From: Oscillospiraceae bacterium
GTDB lineage: Bacteria > Bacillota > Clostridia > Oscillospirales > Ruminococcaceae
Direction of reading: 5' to 3'
DNA: 64,000 bases
Assembly: GCA_045627405.1 (NCBI GenBank)
Contig: JAZQNP010000092.1
Coordinates: 23,591-87,590 of the forward strand
Shown: one piece after another, positions 29,441-39,294 of the stretch
Layout of the letters: the number at the start of each line of letters is the position of its first letter
Numbering within the stretch: position 1 is the first letter of the stretch
Translations under genes and position numbers: made by a program
The notes under the pieces: generated by a model
The model's database searches: none
What the model was told of the DNA's origin: nothing
The model's input: only the letters and a program-made list of their open reading frames with translations

Positions 29441-30346
29441 ATGAATTATAAAGGCGGCATTGCGGCGATTGCATCGCTCGCTCTTTTCCTGACAGCATGC
29501 GGCGGAACTGAAAGCAGTGTGTTTTCCGCATCAGATCCGGTTCCGACTGAAAAGCATATGGTGATACTTGGCGATTCCATTTCTGCCGGGTACGGACTGG
29601 AATCGCCGGTAACGGATAAATACTCTACACTCCTGATGAATATGCTCAATGAAAATGACGATCAAATTGTCTGGTCCGAGTATAACTATGCTGTCAGCGG
29701 TGATGACACTACGGATCTGATTGACCGGCTGGAATCGGGCAGAGCTGTGCGCCTTCCCTCTGCGGATACTATTATAATTTGTATCGGTGCGAACAATCTG
29801 CTCGGAGCCTATACAAATTATTTGCAGTCTTTGATCGGTGATGCAGATGTGACACAGATGACAGATGAGGAATTAGAGCAGCTCGAAAGCGATATACTGG
29901 AAAAAATGCAGAACGACACCGACATACAGACGGAGCTGGAAACGGTGATAGATGAAGGGCTTGTGCGGATGGAGAACGATCTGGAAACGATTTACACCTG
30001 GATCCGCGAGCGGAATGCTGACGCAGATATTTATGTGATGAATATATACAATCCGTATGCAGGTGTCACGCAGACGCTGCCGAATACAGATTTGGAAATG
30101 GGGGCGTTTTCGGCAGAACAGCTGGAACGCTGCAACAATATTCTTTCCGCATGGGAGGCTGCACATACCGATCTCATTCCGGTAGACCTTGCAGAAGAAT
30201 TTGCAGGATATGATCCGGTGCCGATCATCGGAGATACAAGCGGGGCAGGGGATGTCTATCTTGATCCGCATCCGAATGCAGAAGGGCATAAGATCATAGC
30301 CGATCTCCTTTTTGAAACGATTTCAAGAACACAGGCGGCATCATAA
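29441..30346 (+). CDS. GDSL/SGNH hydrolase lipoprotein
   Basis: Lipobox LFLTAC at the N-terminus, GDS block VILGDSISAGYG, a CIGANN block and a C-terminal DPHPN (DxxH). Start at the internal ATG with RBS aaaggatggag. Confidence 0.8.
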   Translation: MNYKGGIAAIASLALFLTACGGTESSVFSASDPVPTEKHMVILGDSISAGYGLESPVTDKYSTLLMNMLNENDDQIVWSEYNYAVSGDDTTDLIDRLESGRAVRLPSADTIIICIGANNLLGAYTNYLQSLIGDADVTQMTDEELEQLESDILEKMQNDTDIQTELETVIDEGLVRMENDLETIYTWIRERNADADIYVMNIYNPYAGVTQTLPNTDLEMGAFSAEQLERCNNILSAWEAAHTDLIPVDLAEEFAGYDPVPIIGDTSGAGDVYLDPHPNAEGHKIIADLLFETISRTQAAS

Positions 30347-30385
30347 ATCACAGTGTTTCATGTGAAACAGCGGAAGGAACAAACG

Positions 30386-31057
30386 ATGTGTGAAAAAATC
30401 AGGCGATCCGTGATATTTGATCTTGACGGTACATTGCTGGATACATTGACGGATCTGAAAAACAGTCTGAATATTGCTTTGCAGCAGTCCGGATTTCCGG
30501 AACGGACACAGGACGAAGTACGGCGATTTGTCGGAAACGGATTGGCAAAACTTGTTGAACGGGCTGTGCCGCAGGGAAAAGAAAATCCGCTCTATGAAAC
30601 AGTTCTTCTGGAAACCCGCACGCAGTACGCGCTGCACTGCGAAGAATTCACGGCTCCGTATGATGGAATCCTTCCGATGCTGCGTGTATTGCATGATGCA
30701 GGCTATGCGCTGGGCGTTGTGTCGAATAAACCGCATAAACAGGTCGTTTCCTTATGTGAAACCTACTTTTCCGGGTATATGGATGGCGCAGCAGGCGGAC
30801 AGGACGGAATCCCACTGAAACCGGCACCGGATTCTATTTGCAGTATGATGTCGCAGTTGCAGAGTGATGCAGCACATACGGTCTATGTCGGTGACTCTGA
30901 TGTGGACATAGATACAGCGCGAAATGCCGGTGTTCCGTGCATCAGTGTGTTATGGGGATTCCGCGATATAGACTTGCTTATCAAAGCAGGCGGAACTTTA
31001 TTTGTGGATGCGCCGTCAGAAATCACGCATAAGGTTTCGGAGATTTTTGGCGATTGA
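30386..31057 (+). CDS. HAD-family phosphatase (phosphoglycolate phosphatase-like)
   Basis: Motif I IFDLDGTLLDT, motif II VVSNK, motif IV VGDSDVD. Start is chosen at the ATG giving MCEKIRRSVIFDLDG. Confidence 0.8.
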   Translation: MCEKIRRSVIFDLDGTLLDTLTDLKNSLNIALQQSGFPERTQDEVRRFVGNGLAKLVERAVPQGKENPLYETVLLETRTQYALHCEEFTAPYDGILPMLRVLHDAGYALGVVSNKPHKQVVSLCETYFSGYMDGAAGGQDGIPLKPAPDSICSMMSQLQSDAAHTVYVGDSDVDIDTARNAGVPCISVLWGFRDIDLLIKAGGTLFVDAPSEITHKVSEIFGD

Positions 31058-31061
31058 GATG

Positions 31062-31099
31062 AAATCAGCCGTAGAAAATTGACTTTCTGCGGCTGATTT
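31062..31099 (+). terminator. Probable terminator after the HAD gene
   Basis: 10-bp stem aaatcagccg / cggctgattt with a long (18-nt) loop. A ttgact(17)tataat promoter for the next gene overlaps it. Confidence 0.5.
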
Positions 31100-31163
31100 G
31101 CTATAATATGGTATAATATACATAAACTATAATTAAAAATATTTTTGGAAAAGGAGCCGCGCT

Positions 31164-34100
31164 ATGTGGGATCGGAAAACTGACCGGTTGTTTCTGGAAC
31201 TGCGTGAGGATGCTGTATTGCTGTTTGATCAGCAGACGATGCAGCTGATTTATATGAATTCTGCCGCAAAAACGCTGCTGGGGAACTACTCGGAACAGAT
31301 CAGCTGCACGACACTGTTTCCTGATCCGGCAGTCGAGCGATTGATTCGCCGTACCGTGGCAACAGGCAGAATGTCCGGCATCACGCTTGATTCCGTGCCG
31401 TGGTTCCCGGAACGCGCGGTGGTTCATATCACGCTGGCCGTCTGGGACGATGTTCCTGCGATCGGTATTGCAATCGACCGGAGACCGTACGGGCCGCCTG
31501 CGGAAGCGATGCAGATGATGAAAGCGGTGCTGACTTCCGCCTACTTTACCGCACTGCGTATTGATTTGCAGGAGCAGAGTGTTTCCGTTGTCAGTGACAA
31601 GAACCCGCTGATGAATACGCAGGCGAAATTTGCATCTTACGCTGATTTCATTCAGCTTTATGCTGAGGCGATGATTCATCCGGAGGATCGCGCACAGTTT
31701 CTTGCGAGTTTCACGGTGGAGCAGCTTCGGCTGTTTGTTGAGGCGAATACAATGCCGGCGTGTACAGTGCGCAGATCTCAGCAGGAAGAATACCGCTGGG
31801 CAAGCTTTGCACCCGCATCTGTGAATGAGCATATTGTTCTGCTGCTCGGAAAGGACAGCAATGAGCAGCGTCTGCAACAGGAACGCTCCGACCGTTACCG
31901 CACGGAGCTCAAAAACCTTTCCATGCGCAATCATTATATCATTTCCGGTGTCGGGGATATTTTCCGCCTGATGCTGCACATAGATCTGCAAACAGGCGAA
32001 ACAATCATTTGCTCTTTGCATCCTTCTCTGCGTCCGTTCTTCAAAGAAAACGATGAAACGGTGTATCAGTTTGATGCTGTATGCACGCAGCTTTTGCGCC
32101 TTGTTCATCCCGATGACTTACACTTGCTGGATGGCGTGAAAACACTGGATCAACTCTGTGCTTCGACCGAGGAGCATATTATACTGGAATACCGAAGAAT
32201 CACTTTGAACGAAGATCCGGATACCAGTGCGAGATGGACACGCGCTGTCATCACATTTCTGCGCGGTGAAAACGGTATTCCGACCGGTGCGATCTACGCT
32301 GTGCAGGATATTGACGATCAAAAACGTCAGGATCTTGCGATGAAGCATTCACAGGAAACATTGACGACGCAGTTTTATACGCTGATTGAAAATCGTTTCC
32401 TTTGGTTCATTGAATATGATTTCGGTGAACAAATTGCCCGATGTTATCAGATAACGAACCATACCGTTCAGCCGCCGCAGGAGTGTCCGTTCGGACAGTT
32501 TTTTGAGAGACTGATTATGCCGAACTGTCATCCGGAGGATTTCAAACGTGTCGCGCTGTCACTGCTGCCGCGCGCTGTTGAGGATGCTTACCGCAGCGGA
32601 AAACGGCAGGTATCTGTTGAATACCGGCATCGCAGTGCAGAAGGCGGCTGGAAATATGTACAGGCAGAGATGTATCTGCAAACGGATGAAAATCAGAAGC
32701 CGCGTGCAATGCTCTATGTCTCAGATATTGACAGCGAGGTGCAAAGCCGTGATTCGCTCAGTAAATCCGAACACGAACAGTTGGTTCTTCGCCGGAAGTT
32801 CAGTATGATGGTGCAGGATTCCTTTGTCAGTGTCGGTGAGGTCGATCTCGACGCTGACCGGATCTCACATTATCAGATTGTCGGTTCGGATATGGTGCTG
32901 CGTGAAGATCCGCTGCCGTTCAGTGCGTTCTGTGAGGCATATCCAAAACGGTTTATACATCCTGATCATCAGGATCGTTTTCTGAAACAGTTTTCCTACC
33001 AGCAGATTTTGCATGCGGCACGCGAGCGCACGCAAAAGATCAAGCATCTGTTTTTGGTGGACATCAACGAAGATAAACAGTATTATTGGTGCAATATTGC
33101 AGTGCGATTTTTCCGGGATGAGAACGGGAAAGCATTTCTGATGACGCATGTGGAGAATGTGAATGATGAAATCCGCCGCCGTGACAGACAGCTCCACGAT
33201 ATGTTTGAATTGAAGCAACAGCTTCAAACAAATCTCCGAAACAAGGAACGGGCGCGCATTCGCAAAGCGCATCTGTTTCTTAATATCGCCAGCAATTTCC
33301 AGCTTGCACTCAATCAGATTTACGCAACGCTCGAACATCTGGAACATGAACTGCCGGATGATACGGAAAGCCGTTCCGATTTCCGAAAAATGTTTTCAGC
33401 ATACGAACGCCTCTCGGCTATGACAGATTGCGCCAAGGACGTTCTGCTGCTGGAAAATAATCAGCTGCCGATTCTGAAAGAGCCGACACCGCTGCCCCGG
33501 TTGATTGACAAGATCAAGCAAAAAGCGATTCCTGCGCTGCGCGAGCGGAATTTGCAGATGATGGCATATACCAGTCATGTCACGCACGAAACGGTGTTCT
33601 GCGATTCCAACCGACTCTTATATATCATTGAAAATGTGTTTGTCAATGTGATGCAATCGCTTCCGAGCGGTTCTGCCGTCACTTTACAGCTCACGCAGTC
33701 TGCAATCGCAGGAGCTGCGGATCAGGCGATGTATGAGTTTTCTCTTGTGACACACGGTGACCGTGTTTCACAGGATATTCAGAGCGGATTATGCTCTCCG
33801 ATTCCGAAGTCTGATCCGCTGCGTTCGCTGGAAGATGTATTTGTGCTTCATCAGAATGATGAACAGCAGCACAGTCTGTATTTAAGCAAGCGTTTGATTG
33901 CACTGATGGGCGGCACACTTGAATTCGTTCGGCTTCCGCAGCATGCAAGCGCAGTCATTCTCCGGCTTCCGCTGGTTTTCTTTCCTGATATTGTCATGTT
34001 TCCGCACCGATTTTGTTTTGGTAAGCGGGTGTTTGTATGGGATTCTCAGCAATCCTATGCAATGGCAACGATGGAAATGCTGCGCGAGATCGGCTGTCTC

Positions 34101-34397
34101 AGTGAGTGGCAGGCGGATTTTGAGCATGCGTGTGCTTACTTGCGGATGGCAGTCGCACAGAATCAGCCGTACGCGATTATTTTTGTGCGGCAGAGTGATT
34201 TGAACAGACAGAACCGCTGCTGTCTGGATGAACTTTTGCAGCTGCATCCGGATACGCCGATTCTGGTGCTTGCCGATGCACCGGCAGACGCACACACAAA
34301 GCCGACAGTTTCTTCTAATGCTGTACGGTATGTTCGCACGCCGCTGTTTCGTTCCGTTTTGGCAGAGCATTTGCGCAGCATTGCAGACAATGTATAA
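31164..34397 (+). CDS. Cytoplasmic multi-PAS signalling protein with degenerate HisKA/HATPase_c and receiver-like modules (pseudo hybrid histidine kinase)
   Basis: About five PAS-like units, four of them ending in a recurring HP(E/D)D motif (IHPEDRAQF, VHPDDLHLL, CHPEDFKRV, IHPDHQDRF). A coiled coil follows. Then come a DHp-like helix (KAHLFLNIASNFQLALNQI), an N-box-like IIENVFVNVMQS, and a G2-like LYLSKRLIALMGGTLEF. The C-terminal module is CheY-like in shape (KRVFVWDSQ...YAIIFVRQ...TPILVLAD). Confidence 0.7.
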   Translation: MWDRKTDRLFLELREDAVLLFDQQTMQLIYMNSAAKTLLGNYSEQISCTTLFPDPAVERLIRRTVATGRMSGITLDSVPWFPERAVVHITLAVWDDVPAIGIAIDRRPYGPPAEAMQMMKAVLTSAYFTALRIDLQEQSVSVVSDKNPLMNTQAKFASYADFIQLYAEAMIHPEDRAQFLASFTVEQLRLFVEANTMPACTVRRSQQEEYRWASFAPASVNEHIVLLLGKDSNEQRLQQERSDRYRTELKNLSMRNHYIISGVGDIFRLMLHIDLQTGETIICSLHPSLRPFFKENDETVYQFDAVCTQLLRLVHPDDLHLLDGVKTLDQLCASTEEHIILEYRRITLNEDPDTSARWTRAVITFLRGENGIPTGAIYAVQDIDDQKRQDLAMKHSQETLTTQFYTLIENRFLWFIEYDFGEQIARCYQITNHTVQPPQECPFGQFFERLIMPNCHPEDFKRVALSLLPRAVEDAYRSGKRQVSVEYRHRSAEGGWKYVQAEMYLQTDENQKPRAMLYVSDIDSEVQSRDSLSKSEHEQLVLRRKFSMMVQDSFVSVGEVDLDADRISHYQIVGSDMVLREDPLPFSAFCEAYPKRFIHPDHQDRFLKQFSYQQILHAARERTQKIKHLFLVDINEDKQYYWCNIAVRFFRDENGKAFLMTHVENVNDEIRRRDRQLHDMFELKQQLQTNLRNKERARIRKAHLFLNIASNFQLALNQIYATLEHLEHELPDDTESRSDFRKMFSAYERLSAMTDCAKDVLLLENNQLPILKEPTPLPRLIDKIKQKAIPALRERNLQMMAYTSHVTHETVFCDSNRLLYIIENVFVNVMQSLPSGSAVTLQLTQSAIAGAADQAMYEFSLVTHGDRVSQDIQSGLCSPIPKSDPLRSLEDVFVLHQNDEQQHSLYLSKRLIALMGGTLEFVRLPQHASAVILRLPLVFFPDIVMFPHRFCFGKRVFVWDSQQSYAMATMEMLREIGCLSEWQADFEHACAYLRMAVAQNQPYAIIFVRQSDLNRQNRCCLDELLQLHPDTPILVLADAPADAHTKPTVSSNAVRYVRTPLFRSVLAEHLRSIADNV

Positions 34398-34401
34398 TAA
34401 G

Positions 34402-34446
34402 AAGCGGACACATTCGTTCTTTTCGGATGTGTCCGCTTTATTTATG
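34402..34446. terminator. Bidirectional terminator between the PAS protein gene and convergent rnfB
   Basis: Stem aagcggacacat / atgtgtccgctt followed by tatttat. Confidence 0.8.
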
Positions 34447-34463
34447 ATTCTGACTGTTTCATC

Positions 34464-35267
34464 TTAATTCGTATCTTCGCAGTTGCAGATCGCACCGGTC
34501 GGGCAGTTTTCACGGCATACGCCGCATCCGGCACATTTTTCGTAGTCAATCCTTGCGAGAAAATCGGTTACGGTAATTGCCTTATGCAGACATTTCTTTT
34601 CGCAGATTTTGCAGCCGATACATCCGTTTTTGCAGTTCAGCTTCGTTGTTTTTCCGTTGTCGTTCGACGAACAGCGCACATCGAAATGCTTTTCCGTCGA
34701 ACGCAGAGACAGCAGATGATTCGGACATACGGCAGCACATTTTTCACAGGCAACACATAGTCCGGGCTGAATATCGGCAATGCCGTTTATAATGTGGATT
34801 GCATCGTATTTGCACTCCTTTACACAATCTCCCAGTCCGATGCAGCCGTATGCACAAGCATTTGCACCGCCGAATAACCGTTTGGCAGCAGCACAGGACT
34901 GAATACCTTCATATGTGTATTTTTGCGTTGCGGCATTACAGTTGCCGCGGCATTTCAAAACCATGACTACGGGCTTGATTGCTTCCGCTTCTTTTCCCAT
35001 AACTGCGGCAACCTTTGCTGCTGTTTCTGTACCGCCCGGTCTGCACAAATTGGTAGCAGCACCGTCGTTGACAACAGCTTGTGCGTAATCTGCACAGCCG
35101 GCATATCCGCAGGCTCCGCAATTTGCGTGCGGCAAAATCTCATCAATGGCAGAGATGCGTTCATCGGTCTGAATCGCAAACAGTTTGCTTGCGATAATCA
35201 GGAGAATCGCAGCGAGCAATCCGAGTGCTGCGAAAATCACAATGGGAATCAAATAAGTTTCCGTCAT
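34464..35267 (-). CDS. rnfB: Rnf complex subunit B (polyferredoxin)
   Basis: N-terminal TM helix, a CGACGYAGC-type cluster, and several CxxCxxCxxxC 4Fe-4S motifs (CVACEKCAAVCP, CIGCKICEKKC, CAGCGVCRENCP). Last gene of the rnf operon. Confidence 0.9.
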   Translation of the reverse strand: MTETYLIPIVIFAALGLLAAILLIIASKLFAIQTDERISAIDEILPHANCGACGYAGCADYAQAVVNDGAATNLCRPGGTETAAKVAAVMGKEAEAIKPVVMVLKCRGNCNAATQKYTYEGIQSCAAAKRLFGGANACAYGCIGLGDCVKECKYDAIHIINGIADIQPGLCVACEKCAAVCPNHLLSLRSTEKHFDVRCSSNDNGKTTKLNCKNGCIGCKICEKKCLHKAITVTDFLARIDYEKCAGCGVCRENCPTGAICNCEDTN

Positions 35268-35277
35268 GATGCCCTCC

Positions 35278-35871
35278 TCATCCCATACCTGAAAACGCGA
35301 GAAAACTCAGAGAAACAATAGATGCTGCAATCAAGGTTGCCGGAACGCCCTTGAACATTTCCGGAATATCTGAGCTTTCCAACCGGTTTCGTACACCAGC
35401 AAAAATCAGAAGAGCCAAAGTAAAACCGATTCCGGCACAGGCTGCATAGAGCAGAGCTTTCAGATAACCGGTTGAGAATTGAGCGGAAGATGCAAACTGA
35501 TCAATATTCAGCAGCGTTACTCCGAGAACCGCGCAGTTCGTTGTAATCAGCGGCAGATAAATACCCAGTGCCTTATGCAGCGGGGGAATTACCTTTTTTA
35601 AGACAATTTCCACAAGCTGTACAAACAGCGCAATCACCAGAATGAATGTCATTGTTTGCAGGTAAGCAAGCCCCATCGGTGCAAGCAGCAGCATATAGAT
35701 CGGATAGGTGATCGCAGTGGAACAGACCATTACGAAGATGACAGCCGTTCCCATGCCGAGGCTGTTTCCAATATCCTTGGATACGCCGAGAAACGGACAG
35801 CATCCCATAAATTTCGACAGAACAAAATTGTCTGTCAGAATTGCGGAAAGTACGATTGCACAGATACTCAC
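35278..35871 (-). CDS. rnfA: Rnf complex subunit A
   Basis: Rnf-Nqr family sequence (ILTDNFVLSKFMGCCPFLGVS ... ITTNCAVLGV). Start is assigned to GTG 35871, which overlaps the rnfE stop (GTGA). The longer ORF-track version (to 36063) overlaps rnfE. Confidence 0.9.
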   Translation of the reverse strand: MSICAIVLSAILTDNFVLSKFMGCCPFLGVSKDIGNSLGMGTAVIFVMVCSTAITYPIYMLLLAPMGLAYLQTMTFILVIALFVQLVEIVLKKVIPPLHKALGIYLPLITTNCAVLGVTLLNIDQFASSAQFSTGYLKALLYAACAGIGFTLALLIFAGVRNRLESSDIPEMFKGVPATLIAASIVSLSFLAFSGMG

Positions 35872-36539
35872 TGTGAACAGCCCCCTTTCGCAGCAGCGCA
35901 GGTATCCGCTAACGGACAGCCCTGACAACCGACAGTACGCGGTGCCTCGCGGTGTGCCAGCTTGCTGATGACTGCAATGACGCAGCCCAGAACAAAGAAT
36001 CCGCCGGGCGCAAGTGTCAGAACGGAAACCGAGTATTCTCCGGTAAGCGGAATGCCGAACCATGTACCGGCTCCGAGTATTTCGCGTAATGAGCCGACAA
36101 TCAGCAGCGATAGCGTAAATCCGACGCCCATTCCTGCACCGTCAAGTGCGGAACGAAGAACATTGTTTTTACAGGCGAACATCTCCGCTCTGCCGAGAAT
36201 AATGCAGTTCACGGTAATGAGAGATAAAAATGTTCCGAGTGCCGTATACAGCTCCGGCAGATAGCCGTGCATTAGAAATTCGATCAGCGTCACTAAGCCA
36301 GCAATAATGACAATGTATGCCGGCAGCTTCACTGATTTTGGAATGACTTTTCGCAGCGCGGAGATGACAACATTGGAGCCGATCAGGACAAATGTTGTGG
36401 CGAGACCCATGCCGAGTGCATTTTTTGCCTCCTGTGTGACGGCAAGCGTCGGACACATGCCGAGCAGCCCGACGAGATTTGGATTTTCACGCAGAATGCC
36501 TTTGGTGAATTCAGAGGACAGCGGTGTTTTATTTTCCAT
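35868..36539 (-). CDS. rnfE: Rnf complex subunit E
   Basis: Rnf-Nqr family (NPNLVGLLGMCPTLAVT ... ITVNCIILGRAE ... LREILGAGT). ATG 36539 is preceded by AGGAGG at an 8-nt spacing. Confidence 0.9.
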   Translation of the reverse strand: MENKTPLSSEFTKGILRENPNLVGLLGMCPTLAVTQEAKNALGMGLATTFVLIGSNVVISALRKVIPKSVKLPAYIVIIAGLVTLIEFLMHGYLPELYTALGTFLSLITVNCIILGRAEMFACKNNVLRSALDGAGMGVGFTLSLLIVGSLREILGAGTWFGIPLTGEYSVSVLTLAPGGFFVLGCVIAVISKLAHREAPRTVGCQGCPLADTCAAAKGGCSQ

Positions 36540-37050
36540 TTTTAATCGCCTCCTCATGTTCTATGTAGGTTCTGAGCGCGAGATCAACTGCATTCCGGAT
36601 GCCGGAAGAAGATTTTGTTGCACCGGAAACGGCATCGTATTCCGAACCGGGTGTGTTCCGCCCGATAAACTGCGAGAGAAACGCGTCTTGCTGCACTTTG
36701 TCAGCTTGTGTCGGAGAATCTTCAATCGAGACAATGCAGACACCGCTGACGCTGCCGCTGGAATCCAGTCCGATCAGGAGATGTTGACCGTCCTTTTCGT
36801 ATCCTGTCGATGTCACATCAAAAATGATGCGCCCTGCTGCATCTGTGATGACCTGATTGATGCCCTCAAAATTCTGTTCCAAAGGTGTGTAATCAGATTC
36901 TCCGAAGGCTTCTGTCAGGCTTTGCTGTAAGCGTTCTTCTTCTGCGGCGGCAATGGTATCTGCGGTCAGGTCGTTTGCAAATGCGAGCGCGCCGCAGACA
37001 AATGCGCAGATCAGTGTCAGTACTAGCGGTGCTTTGACGGCATCAGGCAT
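36529..37050 (-). CDS. rnfG: Rnf complex subunit G (FMN-binding)
   Basis: N-terminal TM helix and FMN_bind domain with flavinylation motif SGAT (AVSGATKSS). ATG 37050 is preceded by AGGAGG and overlaps the rnfD stop. Confidence 0.9.
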   Translation of the reverse strand: MPDAVKAPLVLTLICAFVCGALAFANDLTADTIAAAEEERLQQSLTEAFGESDYTPLEQNFEGINQVITDAAGRIIFDVTSTGYEKDGQHLLIGLDSSGSVSGVCIVSIEDSPTQADKVQQDAFLSQFIGRNTPGSEYDAVSGATKSSSGIRNAVDLALRTYIEHEEAIKNGK

Positions 37051-37969
37051 TGTTCTGCACCTCCTTTTTGGCAAGATCAGTGCCGAACGGTCTGCTTGCA
37101 GTTATCCGGTCAATATACGGTGTCAGAAGATTCATCAGCAGGATAGAGAACGAAACACCCTCCGGATACCCGCCGAACTGACGGATGACAAATGTCAGAC
37201 AGCCGCAGCCGATGCCAAACAGCAGCTTTCCTTTGGCAGTCAGCGGGGTGGTGACATAATCCGTTGCCATAAAGACAGCACCGAGCATCAGCCCGCCGGA
37301 GAGAACCTGTGAGAGCGGATTGTTTCCTGCAATCCATGTGCAGAGTGCAAAGCTGCCGATGAAACTGATCGGTGCAGCAGGGGAGATGATTCCGCGCAGA
37401 CAGAGATAGATTCCGCCGAGCAGCAGTCCGAGTGCGCAGGTTTCTCCGATGCAGCCGGCAGTATTGCCGAAAAGAAGATCCCAGTAGGTTTCCTCAGCAC
37501 CGGTCAGCGGCGTCGCTGAGGAAACTGCATCCGTGTGAGGAAACCGGAATGTTGTCATGGTCGAAGTGAACGAGAGCATCAGTACAATGCGTGCGACCAC
37601 TGTCGGATTTGCAAAATTTTGTCCCAAACCGCCGAAAAGCTGTTTTACGATTACGATTGCAACAAAGCTTCCGATTGCAGCCTGCCAATACGGAAGATCC
37701 GGCGGCAGATTCATGCCAAGCAGCAGACCGGTCACAGCCGCACTGAGATCACCGATCGTCTGCGGCCGCTTCATAAGAATGCGGCAGAGAAATTCAAATA
37801 AAACAGCAGAGCCGGTCGTTACGAGCAAGAGGATGAGCGCGCGCATACCAAAGTTCATACAGCCCGCCAGCGCGGCAGGGAGCAGTGCCAGCAGTACACA
37901 AAGCATAATATGCCATGTCGGAAGCGGCGCACGTTCATGCGGTGACGCTGCAACAAGCAACTGATTCAT
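37043..37969 (-). CDS. rnfD: Rnf complex subunit D
   Basis: NqrB/RnfD family: ASPH N-terminus, KQLFGGLGQNFANP, flavinylation motif DAVSSATPL, FMATDYVTTP. Confidence 0.92.
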   Translation of the reverse strand: MNQLLVAASPHERAPLPTWHIMLCVLLALLPAALAGCMNFGMRALILLLVTTGSAVLFEFLCRILMKRPQTIGDLSAAVTGLLLGMNLPPDLPYWQAAIGSFVAIVIVKQLFGGLGQNFANPTVVARIVLMLSFTSTMTTFRFPHTDAVSSATPLTGAEETYWDLLFGNTAGCIGETCALGLLLGGIYLCLRGIISPAAPISFIGSFALCTWIAGNNPLSQVLSGGLMLGAVFMATDYVTTPLTAKGKLLFGIGCGCLTFVIRQFGGYPEGVSFSILLMNLLTPYIDRITASRPFGTDLAKKEVQNNA

Positions 37970-37981
37970 CGCTGCACCTCC

Positions 37982-39259
37982 TTATGTTTTCGGTAACAGC
38001 TGTTTTGCCAGCTGATGTGATTCGGCAAGCGGACGTCTGGCAGGGCAGACATACGAACAGCATCCGCAGTTGATGCAGAGCCGGAGGTGATGGCTTTCCA
38101 ACGCGGCAATATCCTTCGTGCGAAATGCGCGTTCCAGCTCCATCGGCATCAGCTTCATGGGACAGGCTCTCATACATCTGCCGCAGCGAATACACGCAGA
38201 TGCTTTCTGTGTTTTTACGGTTTTCATTGCGAGCAGCCCGTTTTGCTGCTTGGTAACCGGCAGATCAAGCGAAAACAGAGAGACGCCCATCATCGGACCG
38301 CCGCTGAATAATTGCTTGACTGATTCTAAATCACATTCCGCGAATTTCAGCAGATCACGCAGCGGCGTACCGATCGGGACACGCAGATTGCAGGGCTTGT
38401 TGACTGCATCGCCGTCTACTGTCACAACACGTTCCACCAGCGGAATTCCCGTCTGACTGTAACGGTAAAGATAGGCACAGGTACTGATATTCAAAACAAT
38501 GACACCGATGTCGGCAGGAATCTTCCCTTCCGGAACCACTCTGCCGCAGGTGTGATAAATCAATACTTTTTCTGCGCCCTGCGGATAGACCGGCGGAAGC
38601 GGAACCACAGACACATCCACGAACTCCTTGCATGCCTCGGTAAGCTGCCGGATGGCAGCGGGTTTGTTGGATTCGATGCCGATACGAGTTTCTTTGATGT
38701 TAAGTAATTTCATCAGCAGACAAACCCCGCCGAGGATTTCTTCCGGTGCTTCGATCATCTGACGACAGTCGGTAGTCAGATACGGTTCGCATTCTGCGCC
38801 GTTTAAGATGAGCATATCAATCTTTTGTTTTGCATTGAGCTTGATATGTGTCGGAAAGCCGGCACCGCCCAGGCCGACACAGCCGGAAGCACGGACAGCG
38901 TTCAGCAGATCTTCTTTCGTCTCGATGACAGGTGCCGAACACATTGGAGAAAGTGTTTGTTTTCCGTCCGGTTCAATCTCGATACAGGGGACAAGCGCGC
39001 CGTTAATGGTCTGATACTGTGTGACAGCAGTGACTGTTCCGGAGACACTGGAATGAATCGGTGCAGAGAATTCGCCCTGCATCTCACCGATTTTTTCTCC
39101 GACCGTCACCGTATCGCGCTGTTTTACAATCGGTACGCACGGTGCGCCCATATGCATTTGCATCGGGATACGAACGAGTTTCGGCAGCGGGATGCACTCT
39201 GTCATCTTTGCTTCCGTATGCTTTCTATGCGGTAAATGGATCCCGTTCAATCGTTTCAT
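37982..39259 (-). CDS. rnfC: Rnf complex subunit C
   Basis: RnfC N-terminal domain, SLBB/NADH-binding block GLGGAGFPTH, and two 4Fe-4S motifs (CIRCGRCMRACP, CINCGCCSYVCP). RBS aaggagag. Confidence 0.92.
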   Translation of the reverse strand: MKRLNGIHLPHRKHTEAKMTECIPLPKLVRIPMQMHMGAPCVPIVKQRDTVTVGEKIGEMQGEFSAPIHSSVSGTVTAVTQYQTINGALVPCIEIEPDGKQTLSPMCSAPVIETKEDLLNAVRASGCVGLGGAGFPTHIKLNAKQKIDMLILNGAECEPYLTTDCRQMIEAPEEILGGVCLLMKLLNIKETRIGIESNKPAAIRQLTEACKEFVDVSVVPLPPVYPQGAEKVLIYHTCGRVVPEGKIPADIGVIVLNISTCAYLYRYSQTGIPLVERVVTVDGDAVNKPCNLRVPIGTPLRDLLKFAECDLESVKQLFSGGPMMGVSLFSLDLPVTKQQNGLLAMKTVKTQKASACIRCGRCMRACPMKLMPMELERAFRTKDIAALESHHLRLCINCGCCSYVCPARRPLAESHQLAKQLLPKT

Positions 39260-39294
39260 CGCAAATATGTCTCTCCTTATTTCTATGCAAAAAC

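Noticed and set aside
31102-31117. Tandem tataat boxes (ctataatatggtataat) upstream of the PAS-protein gene, considered as a double promoter.
   Set aside because: Only the first box has a good -35 (ttgact at a 17-nt spacing). The second may act as an extended -10 alone. I cannot decide from sequence, so no separate promoter feature is listed.
31101-32108. 335-aa ORF on the minus strand, antisense to the 5' part of the multi-PAS gene. Similar long antisense ORFs occur at 47765-48670, 53090-54094, 7067-7942, 12733-13623 and 16948-17616.
   Set aside because: All lie fully inside genes with strong homology-type evidence on the other strand. They have Arg/Cys/His-rich compositions typical of antisense frames and lack plausible ribosome-binding sites.
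35278-36063. The ORF-track version of rnfA extended to 261 aa.
   Set aside because: The first 64 codons overlap rnfE and encode non-RnfA-like, Arg/Cys-rich sequence. A GTG at 35871 overlapping the rnfE stop (GTGA) gives a standard ~197-aa RnfA.
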